Shown one piece after another: positions 12,992-23,670 of a DNA stretch of 64,000 nt (within the stretch, counting starts at the first letter, position 1; each line of letters starts with the position of its first letter). The stretch is from Cladosporium halotolerans. Its lineage: Eukaryota. Where the stretch lies: positions 62,001 to 126,000 of the forward strand of contig NW_027191492.1 of NCBI RefSeq assembly GCF_011745625.1, in the 5' to 3' direction. The notes under the pieces are model-generated. The model did no database searches and was not told where the DNA came from. It saw nothing but the letters and a program-made list of their open reading frames with translations. The translations under genes and the position numbers were made by a program.

Positions 12992-14198
12992 TCAATCAGC
13001 GTTCCTCTCTCCTGCTTGAACCAAAATCTTGACATGAGCAGAAGCATTCTTGACTAGCTCATGGAATCCACCCTCAATTGCCTGTGAAAGGGGTATCAAA
13101 GATGTGATCAGCTTTGCAGCTTGCTCAGCATGCGTTTCCAGCAGCGTCATGACTTCCGCAAAATCCGCAGGCGTGTACGCATTTCCGCCTGTCAGGTGTT
13201 TCTCTCCCAGCACCAAGGTATTTAAGTTGATGCAGAGAGGTTTGTCGTGAATAGCAACATTGAAGATTGTGCCGCCAGGCCTGGTACACTCAATCGCAGT
13301 ATCAAGTGTACTTTGCAGGCCACAGGCATCGAAAGACACGTGCGCTCCAGAGCCCATGGTCTTGCGGACTGCTTCTAGAACTGGATTTGGTTGCGCCGGT
13401 GTACCATTTTCGGTCGGGCTGTCGTGTTTAGCGGCCTGGTGAAGAGGATTGATCACCAAGTCAGCGCCGAATGTGCTTGCTTGAGCAGCCCTTGACTCGG
13501 CAATTTCGCTCGCGAAGATCATATTCGCACCTTTCGCTCTCAGTAGCAGGATGAGGGCGCATCCGATAGGGCCAGTGCCCAAGACCAAGACATTCTGACC
13601 GGGCTGAAAACCCGAAATCCTGACCATGTGTGCAGCAACAGCGAGCGGCTCGGCAAGACTTGCAAGCTTGAGTGACGTCTTTGGCGGTAGAGGTATGAGT
13701 GCCACGGGTTTCACGACAACATATTCAGCAAAGCCGCCGCCTCCTTCGGATATTCCATAAAAGGCTAGTCTCTCGCATCTATTCTGACAACCAATCAAAC
13801 ATTGTTCGCAGTCCGGGTGGCCGTGGTGCCGGTCGTCTAGTGCCGGATTGACCGTGACTTTCTGTCCGATTTCATGATTGACGACTCGAGATCCAACCTC
13901 ATCTATGATGCCGCAGAACTCGTGGCCGAGCGTGACGGGAAGTTTTGCTCCAGTGTGCGGATCAGCGGTGCCTTCGGGTGGCACAAAAATTGGCCCAGCA
14001 AGATACTCGTGTAGGTCCGTGCCGCATATTCCACAGTACGCGACTTTTATTCTCACTTCATCCGGACCACATGTTCTGATAGCCTGTCAGTACACGAGAG
14101 TCACGGCTATTGTGCTGCCAGAGTTCGTGAGCGACTCACGGAATTGGGACCTCGTCCAGACGAATGTCTCCTCTACCATGGAAGCGAATGGCCTGCAT
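12992..14198 (-). CDS. Zn-dependent medium-chain alcohol dehydrogenase (2,3-butanediol/sorbitol DH-like); intron 14076-14139
   Basis: MQAIRFHGRGDIRLDEV exon; CGICGTDLHEY, LGHEFCG, EPLAVA, GTGPIG. Confidence 0.92.
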
Positions 14199-15027
14199 GT
14201 CCGTAGTCGCAATTCCTTTGAGATTAAAGATAGATTATCAATTCCTTACATCAATGTTTTACGAGCTTGGGACCCAGTGATGTCCTCATCTGTGCCAAGT
14301 ACTCTTTGACCGGCTGGCCATTGCCGCCCAGGAGGCAAGTAGCCGCGGCCTTGGTAAGGCTGCATGCGGTGCCGGACATGGCAAGTTGAGTAGTTGAGTA
14401 CGCCGCTCACGCGTCTGCTGACGAGTATTGTATCTTCACGTCACCAGGTATTCGAAACGCAGAGGAAGACGAAAGATTACGACAATCCCCTTGGTCGGCG
14501 TCAACTTCCGAATGCTGTTTGTCTCCGCACCGCGAGTCATACGCGCCGTGTTGCTACGATCTGTCGATTCATCATTCTCCATAAATCAAAATTGATGGAA
14601 CGAACTAGATTCTCCTGCGTATCACAGTACTGGTCTCCTCAGCCCACATGTCCGGTTATCCGTAGAGCTAAGCACTTTCGCCGTGGCCTTCGCTTCGACA
14701 AGCTTCGCTCTTCGTTATAACTGAAACATCAACCCAAGGCATGTGGAAATTTTGAAGCAAGGGAATGCGCAGTGCTCCGATTTTTGGGCGAGCACCGCTG
14801 TTTCAGAGAGAGCAGGAGGGAAAGCTTAACACATTGCCTTACGAGGCGGATGGAGGACTTCTGGTCGAGAGAACAGTATAAAGACAAGCCCTATGCGTTG
14901 CCCTTAGGGTTCGAATACCAACTGCCTCTCGCTCATTCCTACTTTCGAGTCTTTCGTTCTCTAGCCCTAGGGCAGCTTCCATCTATACGCTCGTTAAGCT
15001 TCACTTCTTCACCTCATCATCCCAAAG

Positions 15028-15838
15028 ATGCCTTCTCTTCGCTCTATGATTCCTCTGTCGGCGCTGGCGCTGGCTTCAGTTTCTTCTGCAGCTGTGCTGC
15101 CGGACACGACCGCTGATGAGCGCTACCTCGTCCGCCGCGCGCTGAACACTGGTATGGGCACCAGATATGGAGATGACTGCACCGAGGAGGACTGCTGGCA
15201 GGGCGGTGCTTGCTCCTTCGTTGATTATACTCTCCCCGAGGGTGTGGACGGCTCGACCTGCGTCAGCGAAGACATCTGGAACCAGGGCGCCAACTGCGGC
15301 GGATGCATTTCTGTCTCTTACAAAGGCAAGAAGATCACTGTCATGGTAAGGCCTAAGGAATATGCATTTGCGCTTGCTAGCCCGATTGAATGTATCGCTC
15401 ACAATATTGTAGGTGACCAACATGACCGGTGGCGACAAGAACCACCTTGACATGACTCCCGACACCTGGAGCAAGTTGACGAATGGCATGTCTGGCGGCG
15501 GTGTCGATGGGATCGAATGGGAGTTTGTCCAGTGCCCGATGCCGAAGACGGCTCCGCTGCAGATCCACATGCACGGTGGTGCTTCAAAGTACTGGTTCGC
15601 AGCGACGGTCGAGAATGCGAACCGACGTACCGATGCCATGCAGGTCTCGGCTGACCAGGGCAGCACCTGGAAGAAGGCTACCCGTACGGGCAAGTACAAC
15701 ATGTTCGAGCTTGACGGTACTCTTGACACCGACTCGGTCTGGGTCAAGGTGACAAGCCACGTGGGAACCGATGTCGTCGTCAAGGATGTGCAGCTTTCCT
15801 CCGGCAAGGTCACTAAGGGCTCCGACAACTACGCCTAA
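15028..15838 (+). CDS. Secreted expansin-like protein (DPBB + CBM63-like); intron 15346-15412
   Basis: Signal peptide; GGACSF, ANCGGCI, HLDM, IEWEFVQCP, SKYWFAATVEN. Confidence 0.85.
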
Positions 15839-16624
15839 CTCGTGAGCATCGAGCGAGAGGCTCTTGTGGTCAGAGAGAGCCTTCGGGGTTGCACAGAACC
15901 AGAGCCGAGCCATGGCCAGCGGCCGACCTTCTCAGAGCATTCTGCGATCAAGTAGATTTATATCGTAGATAGACCGATGTCAGTGATTCTACCAACTATT
16001 TGTAGCATTGCATTTTCAATAGATCCCCAGCTTCCTACGCAAGGAGAAGGATCGCGTTAGGCTTATTCGTAAGTGATTTCGCCCTAGCCTCGTTGTTTGA
16101 TGTCTCGAGCCAGACTAAGATTTAGCATGCAGCTCTTCTTGTATTGCGTGAGTTGTTGATCTTCACGATGATATTGAGTGTCTGCCAAACGATAGCTTGT
16201 CATAGAGACGCAGTGAAGAAACGATCTGGTACGGTGTGACAAAGCCTTCGATTTAGTCCACCGTAGCCGAGCCGTCTCTTTTGTCATCGGCGCGTGCTTA
16301 TCGTCCCCCACAGCTCCACGCGTCTCGCCTTGTGCACCATCTCCGAGGGCGTGCGATACGCGCCGGTTTGCAGCCAATGAGTTACCCATGACCGCAATGT
16401 ATCTGCACATGGCGTTCGAAAAGAAAGCATGCTCAGCCATTCCCATGTGTCCCTTCTCACGTGTATGGGGCCCTCTATTCGGGCCATGACGGCCGATCTC
16501 TCACTCCCATCTTCCAGTTGGTTTGTATTCACGACCTTACCCTAGTACGTGTGTCGCTATCGTGTGTCCGAGTCTACATCTGTGGCAAATACATATCCCG
16601 ACAGGGTTACCCTAAGCCGCTATC

Positions 16625-17629
16625 ATGAGCAGTCAGAAAAGTGAAAGCGAGCACTTCTCGCCCTATCGTCCAGATGGCAAACTGGTAGGCCCCACGAGCA
16701 TTGAGGTCTGGTTCTAGATGGCGAAGGAATAAGCTGCTGACCAGCTCTTAGTACGGTTTTGTCTGTATCGTGACGGGCGCGACGCAGCCGATCGGGAGAG
16801 CTGTGGTTCATGAGCTTGCCGCCCACGGCGCCGCCGTTGTCTATGCGTGCTCGACCGAGCCTACGGACGACTTCACCAGCTTGGTCGACGAGGTCAACGC
16901 GCGGTATCCGAGCACTAAAGTCATCGGCTACCCGTTCAAACTCGCAGACGAACAAGCTACACTGGGGCTGATCGACGACGTCCTTAATGCTTGGGGTCGG
17001 TAAGTATAAGGACATGCCGCCGCTCTCGATCGACACTAACAGTTCGAACTCTCAGTCTGGACATCTACGTGACATGCTCCACCGTTGCTGGCCCCAAGAC
17101 TCTAGTCGCCACCACCCCGGCTTCTCTCCACTCTTTGTTCGAGGCCAACAGCATGGCTCCTTTCCTCGCGCTCAAATATGCACCTGCAGCGATGCGCAAG
17201 ACCACGCCGAAAGGTAACTATGCCAACGCTGCGCCCAAAGACCGCGCCTATGGTAGCATTGTCGTGGTGAGCTCTGTGGCGAACTCATGCGCAGGCGAGG
17301 GCGCATCAGGCCCTGCCTTCACTGTCGCGGCTCACGCAGCTCTGGGCGTCGTTAGAGCGGGCGTGCCGGCGCTGAAGGGGACGGGCGTGAGGATCAACTG
17401 TGTCAGCGCTGGCGGAATAGAGGATTCTGGTAGTCAGGCTGCCGATGTCGCTTCTCATGAGCTCCAGAGCCAGGAGAAATTGGGCGGGCTTGGGAGGTCG
17501 GGCTTGCCTATGGAGGTTGCTCGTGTCGTGGGTTTTTTGTCCAGTGGTTTCAGCTCGTATGTGACTGGGAGCAATGTCGTGGTGGACGGTGGAGCTAGCG
17601 TCATCAATCCGTTGGGAGGGTCGTCTTGA
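16625..17629 (+). CDS. Atypical short-chain dehydrogenase/reductase; introns 16685-16751, 17000-17055
   Basis: Spliced N-term FSPYRPDGKLYGFVCIVTGATQPIG; WGRLDI, GSIVVVSS, GVRINCVSAG, SYVTGSNVVVDGG; canonical YxxxK absent. Confidence 0.8.
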
Positions 17630-18290
17630 GGTATGTCATGACCGTTGATGAATCGAATGCAATGAAATAACGCAGCGCTCCATCGCGTCGTCGCTTCAAG
17701 CCCGGGTATGGCACCAATTGTGCGAGAGCTCAGAATGACCACGGCCAATATTTTACCTTGGATTCCCGTGCTCTTCGCGCCGGGTCGTGAAACCGTCACC
17801 AACCCATGTCTATCGGAGACTCAAGCCCGCTCTCACTCCGTTCCGGATTCGTCATGCACATCGCTTTAGCGAATCGCTGGCCAACCCCGGACCGACATTC
17901 CGACGACGATGATGAACAGTTTATTAACTGTAACTGCTTCAAATATTTAGTTTGAACATGCAAATTCCATGTCATCGAAAGTAGATCGCGATTTCCAAGT
18001 TGTGGGCGCTTGCGCTACGATACTGACCGAAGGGTTAACCTATATTCGTAGACGCGGTCGAGCCGCATCGCTTACAGATCCCACCGATGCGGGCTGTGAC
18101 ACGCACTAGCGCCCACTCACCTGGGAAGGGGACTAACGCTGGAATGCACAATCGCTAGACACGGAGCGTGGCATGCTCGGCTCGGAGCACTGATTCGACA
18201 GGACCCGCAAGGAAATATGGAAGGCCCCTCGGCCCTCCAGAGATTCCTCCTCTCGAAATTTTTACAACATGCTGTCGTCGCCATCTCAGC

Positions 18291-20153
18291 ATGGCAGCCC
18301 GGATGAGATTTTCTCGATACTACCAGAGACTGTTGTTACGATGTGGTTTAGCGATTGTTCTGGTAACTGCAATCATTTGTTTCAGCAACTGGCCCCCTGC
18401 AGTGGGCGCAGAGCCAGCTCCAGAACAGCAGGTAGCCCCTAGGAGCCCTCAGACCCCGGCGGAGACCTTCGTAAAAGAGGAACACGTAATATCCACTGTT
18501 GATACACAAGAGCCTGTGATCGAAGTCGACCGAACACACAAAGAGAAGAACTCAGCTGGCAATGCTTTCGAGACAAGATGGAGCAAAGCTCTTCCTCGCA
18601 TCGAAACCATGTTCTCGGACGAGCTTCGCATTCAAGGACTTCCCGCGCCTATCACAGAGACGGGGGAGCGGCTGCTCCGTGATCTTTCTCATCGCACCAG
18701 AGCATTTCGAGAAGCTTTTGAAATATGGGAAGATCTACATCTGGATCGCACCAAAGGTCGGTCATTCTGTACAGACTCTCATCCAGACGCTGGAGAATGT
18801 ATGATCTGACATTAATCTAGACAGCGTGAATCAACGCGAAGTTGTTTTCTCACAGCTCCGAGAGCTGACAGCAGCATCCCAATCACCTGCGCAAGCCATC
18901 CGAACTTACGACAAGCTCCGGCACTTTGTCAACCTCTCAGCCAAGGGACTCTTCCCATGGACAATGCTGTCTCATCCAGACCATGTGTCTCTGCATACCA
19001 GTTTCTATACTGGTGGCCGCGGTCTCGTGTTCACCGCGGGCAACGACCAGGTGAAGCTGCTGATGACGGTCATCCCTAGTCTCAGAAACCTCGGCTGCAA
19101 TCTTCCGGTCGAGGTACTTTATCTGGGTGATGAAGACATTGACGAGGATATGAGGGATGAGCTTGAAGAGCTTCCTGGAGTTGTCACGAGGGACCTGACT
19201 CTCATGATCGATGACGAAGGCTGGCATCTGAAGGGTGAGTCAGTCCACGCATGACACTGATATGGATGGCAATACTGATGTTCTCTCCAGGATGGGCGGC
19301 AAAAGCCTTTGCGATCCTCATGTGCTCTTTTCGAGAAGCGATCTTTATCGACGCCGACTCTTTCTTCTTCGTCGATCCGGCCACTCTTTTCCAATACGAA
19401 GGGTACAGAGACACTGGAGCCCTGTTCTTCAAAGACCGAAACCTCTTCCCTGAGAGCAAGCGCTCCTGGATCAAGTCTGTCTTGCCTTCTCCCATATCGG
19501 CAAATGTGAGGCAAAATCGCATGTGGACGGGAGAGAGCGGCCATATGCAGGATTCTGGAGTAATCGTGGTAGACAAATGGCGACATTTCATCCCGCTGCT
19601 CTTGGCCACCAGGCTCAACGGACCAGAGCGGGACGGTAATAAGGGCGAGGGGAAGAAAGGTGTTTACGACATGATGTATGGGGACAAAGAGACATTCTGG
19701 CTCAGCTGGGAGATGAGCGGCAGCTCAGACTATGTGTTCCATGATGGTGTTGCAGGGACCATGGGTAAGTTGACGAAGACTGAGCCAGACGCGACAGAAG
19801 AAGTGGAGCAAAGTGAAACGCCTGCCTCAAACACGTCGAATGTGCACGAGCTTTCGATGGTTTGCTCGCAGCAACTTGCGCATTTCGATCGCGCAGGAAG
19901 ACCACTGTGGTTCAATGGAGGGATCTCGTTAAGCAAAGACCGCTTGAACGAGCGGCCGGATTTTGACGTCTACTTGCGGGAGCCAGAAGAGGTGGGACGA
20001 CGCAGGAGAACCGATTCGTGGAAAATGCACTCTGGTAATGTCGTGTGCCTGAGGGCGGAGGAAGTGGGTGATTTCACGTCGCAAGAACGATCGACACTGG
20101 AAATGATTCTGCGAGTGGCGAAGGAGACGTTTGGAAAGTTTGAAGGCGGGTGA
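18291..20153 (+). CDS. Alpha-1,3-mannosyltransferase, GT71 (Mnn1/Mnt-like); introns 18757-18820, 19235-19290
   Basis: Type II TM anchor; GRGLVFTAG, LPVEVLYLG, GWAAKAFA, FIDAD (DxD), FFKDR, DSGVIVVDK, YGDKETFW. Confidence 0.9.
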
Positions 20154-20232
20154 GCTTTAAGGAGTTACTGAACGATACATTCGGCCGGGTCAAACGCAGC
20201 GTTTCAAGGTGCAGTTCTGGCCAAAAGCGCTA

Positions 20233-21771
20233 TTAATCCTGATCCCACTTCGGACGATCAGGGTTCAGGCCGACCAAGCAGGTCACAGTAGCATTTCCAC
20301 TTCCACCGTCGTTAATGAGGTCCCCGCGAGGTGTTTTCCAATGCCCTGTCAGCTTGACGTGGCTTTCCAAGGCCGCTGCAATGGTCTTGCCAATCTCCAT
20401 CGCCTTGTACAAGCGGCTATGCGAGTAGTACGTAAGCAGCTCCCGCGCGCTATCGCGTTCATCGTTATCGATGAGGACCTGAGCACCTCGCTCGACCCAT
20501 GCTTCAATCTCAATGAAGCTCTGATTCTCGAAACCCACGAGCATCTCCGTGACGATGGGGTGGTATTCGTGGGGGTTTGAGCACATATAATACAAGACAC
20601 GCTTGAAGATTCGAAAGACAAACTCGCTTGCTTCTTGGTACTGGTAGTCGGTGTTCAGAAACTCGCTCGATGCTTGGTCGTAAAGATAGCGGTGTAGACC
20701 GGCTTCAGGAGGGATCGACTGCACTCCGAGCCACCATGGTACGAATGGTGCGGCGACAGCCCCGGTAGATGCCACCCACAGGCGACGCATGTCCGGATCA
20801 ATACCTTCATGCAGAGACACGACTTGGCCGTAGCCAGACTGATCGTCTGCGATGCGGATGTCGCGGTGGCGTTCCATCAACTTTTTCTCATTGAGAGGGA
20901 TCATTGCACGAGTGGCGTCTTCGAGCTCAGCTTGTGACATGTACTTGTATCCGCCATTACGAGCAGTCGCATTGTTGTTCGTATCGCCGTAGACTTCCCA
21001 GATGTTAAACGACCTGTTTCCTTGAGGGTCCCACCAACCTTGTTGGATGGCAAATTCGACAAGGTGAGGCGCGCCCATATAGTTCGACGAATTGGCGAAA
21101 TTGACGGGAAAATCCTCGATATAGCCGGGATACAACACTCTGATATCGTTATCTCCGAGGCGCTCGGCGGCCCAGAGGTGCTTTCCACCCGCAAACTCCC
21201 ATACCACCCAACCTTCATCTTTGTCAGCGATGAGATGAGTATTGCCGCCATAAGTTGCCTCTCCATATTCATCCATCAGTCGACCGATTATCTCGACACC
21301 TTCACGCGCGGTGCGAGCGCGCTCCATCACAATGCGAGCTAATTCGCCGTAGTTGACTCCAGCCTGCGGGTTGGGAGTCATAGCGACGAGTTCTTCACGA
21401 TTCTGGGCCCAGACATCACGGACATAAACGCCATGCTCGTTGAGTCCACCATTGGTCAATGGTGCAGGGAAGCCTTCAAAGTCGCTGTATTCCATGGAGA
21501 GGTAGCGATAGGTATGTTGCGCTTGGGGAATCTGAATGCGTTTACCAGGTAGCGCTGCATCCTCGGTAACGCCCACAGAAAGTGTTGCATTGGGCGGATA
21601 ATCTTGGGCAGAAAACAGCTGTAACCAGTGGCCTGAGACTTCTTCTCCTGTTCCTGCCACCATCACCGAGCCGTCTACGGTGAGGTTCTTGCCGACATAG
21701 AAGCAGTAGCTGGCTTTGACGGCAACAGTGCGCAAAAGCAGTAGGGACAGAGTGGCGGTACTGTACCGCAT
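20233..21771 (-). CDS. Secreted peptidase C69 (dipeptidase/secernin)-like Ntn hydrolase, intronless
   Basis: Signal peptide then SYCFYVGKNLTVDGS; NGGLNEHGV, ERARTAREGVEIIG, IADKDEGW, WAAERL; start could be 21783. Confidence 0.78.
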   Translation of the reverse strand: MRYSTATLSLLLLRTVAVKASYCFYVGKNLTVDGSVMVAGTGEEVSGHWLQLFSAQDYPPNATLSVGVTEDAALPGKRIQIPQAQHTYRYLSMEYSDFEGFPAPLTNGGLNEHGVYVRDVWAQNREELVAMTPNPQAGVNYGELARIVMERARTAREGVEIIGRLMDEYGEATYGGNTHLIADKDEGWVVWEFAGGKHLWAAERLGDNDIRVLYPGYIEDFPVNFANSSNYMGAPHLVEFAIQQGWWDPQGNRSFNIWEVYGDTNNNATARNGGYKYMSQAELEDATRAMIPLNEKKLMERHRDIRIADDQSGYGQVVSLHEGIDPDMRRLWVASTGAVAAPFVPWWLGVQSIPPEAGLHRYLYDQASSEFLNTDYQYQEASEFVFRIFKRVLYYMCSNPHEYHPIVTEMLVGFENQSFIEIEAWVERGAQVLIDNDERDSARELLTYYSHSRLYKAMEIGKTIAAALESHVKLTGHWKTPRGDLINDGGSGNATVTCLVGLNPDRPKWDQD

Positions 21772-23670
21772 GGCGAGTGACATTTGCCTGTGGCTTTCTA
21801 TCCAACGCAAAGCTGAGCCAAGTGATGAATACTCGAAAAGTCTGAGTTGCTATCAAGGTGCTGTTGTAGTTCAGCGATCAACGCCAAGCACAACCCATCA
21901 TCTCCGAGGGTGGATCTTCAAATCCCGACCTCTCCACAGAGCTTTCCCTCTCTCGTACCATCACATCCGACGTCTTCACCCGGGCTGGATAAGGATTATC
22001 ATAAGCCTTCGCAGACTCGTCATATGAAGGATCACCTGTCTTGACCTTCATGCTTGGAACACACAATGAGCTGGCTGCTGTATGCGAAATATTGAGCAAC
22101 AGGGCTTTCTTGAGCGGATATCGAACAGTGCCGCCATCTGAAGAAGTCGTTGGACGCGACGTCGAAAAAACATTCCATTCTGACAGATCTAATCACAGCC
22201 GCCGCTAGACCGCGACTTTTCCGTGCATGCGGCTCTCCATTTATGAGTAGATGATTCATGTCGATTTCCCGTTCATGCATTACTGGTTGCAGCCCAAGTG
22301 CGTCCACGGTGCAATCAGGGACCAACTGCCAGCGGCCCTCCTCAATGTACTAAGACTCACCTGGAGAAAGCTCTTCCTGTCCTGACTGGGCTGCCGGACA
22401 TACGTGACGCAAGACCGAGCTCGAACGCCTCCTTGATCTCTGGCAAAGTGTAATTGTGCTTCCATAGACAAGCGCAATGTGTCAGCATCTCCAGCTGATA
22501 GCTTACCACAGCACAGCTCCCACTAAAACGAGCAAGGCTATCAAAAATGTCGGCTGTGTCGCTCGCGAGAGCGCAGAAGAGGTAATCGTGGGCGTTGTAT
22601 GCGTGTTTGCCGAATGGCTTGTGTCCGGATCCACTGAGATAGCGGTGTCAATCCTTGATATTGGTGACACCGTGGGCGGAACTGCGTAGGCAGACAGAGT
22701 CTGCGTTGAGAAGCTGCTCGGTCCTCTCAGGAGAATGGTATTATCTGGCCGTCGATTACCGAGTCATTCGTCGCAAGAGCTATATCATCAACACCCGCCA
22801 GACTTGCCGCCTAGCCTGCACTTTCCGTGATGTCAGCAAGCAGAGCATGATTGGACGCAGATGATTGTAGGGCTGTGGTGTAAGTGCCGTCGCCCTCAAG
22901 CAAAGTTGCATTGACACTGGGAGCTCCCATGACCAGATCCTCCTTGAGCGCAAGACGTCCGCTCTTCTGGACCGAACGAGGAGCCACGCTCAGCTTTCGA
23001 GCCCCATTTTCCGAGGAGAGTGAGAGGAGGGGAAGGTAGATAGTTCACCGCTCTGGGCCAGAGGTTGCGATGCGTACATGGCTTCAGCCTCGTCTCGCCG
23101 AGCTCCAAGCCCGCAGACTTGGATGGCGGCGTCGTCAGCCCAATGCACACGCCGTCTCCTCAGCGACCTGACAGACATGTGCGTTCTTGCAGATCACGAT
23201 GCGTTAGCAGCGGTACACACTGACTGGCCATGCTGCTGTACAGACTCCTATTGAAGAACCTGCCGCCAGTCCTTTCCGTCGCCGCAACTGTTCAAGAGTC
23301 ACGTGCCGTGCATTTGCGTTGCATTCGTGTGCTTTGCCCCTCAACCCGTTCCTGGGTGTCAATAGAGCTGGGCGAGTGGGCCTTAAGCCGTCGCATGCAG
23401 GGACCGAGACAAAGGAAGCGGTGGGCTGTTGCTCCGCGGCCGCCAGCCCCAGCCAGCCGAGCCGCCGAAACCCAATCCACGCCGCTCAGGGACGTCAGCG
23501 GAAACACTCGCGACTGCACCCTCTCATACCTTCGATACACTGATTCCTGCTCCTCCGTTGCACTGCTGCCGTCACACGCTTCGCATTGGGTTCTGCATAT
23601 ACATTGGCACGTTGCAAGTACTTCCATGCCCTGCCTGACACGAGCCCTCCGACGCCGCCGATAGCCCGCC

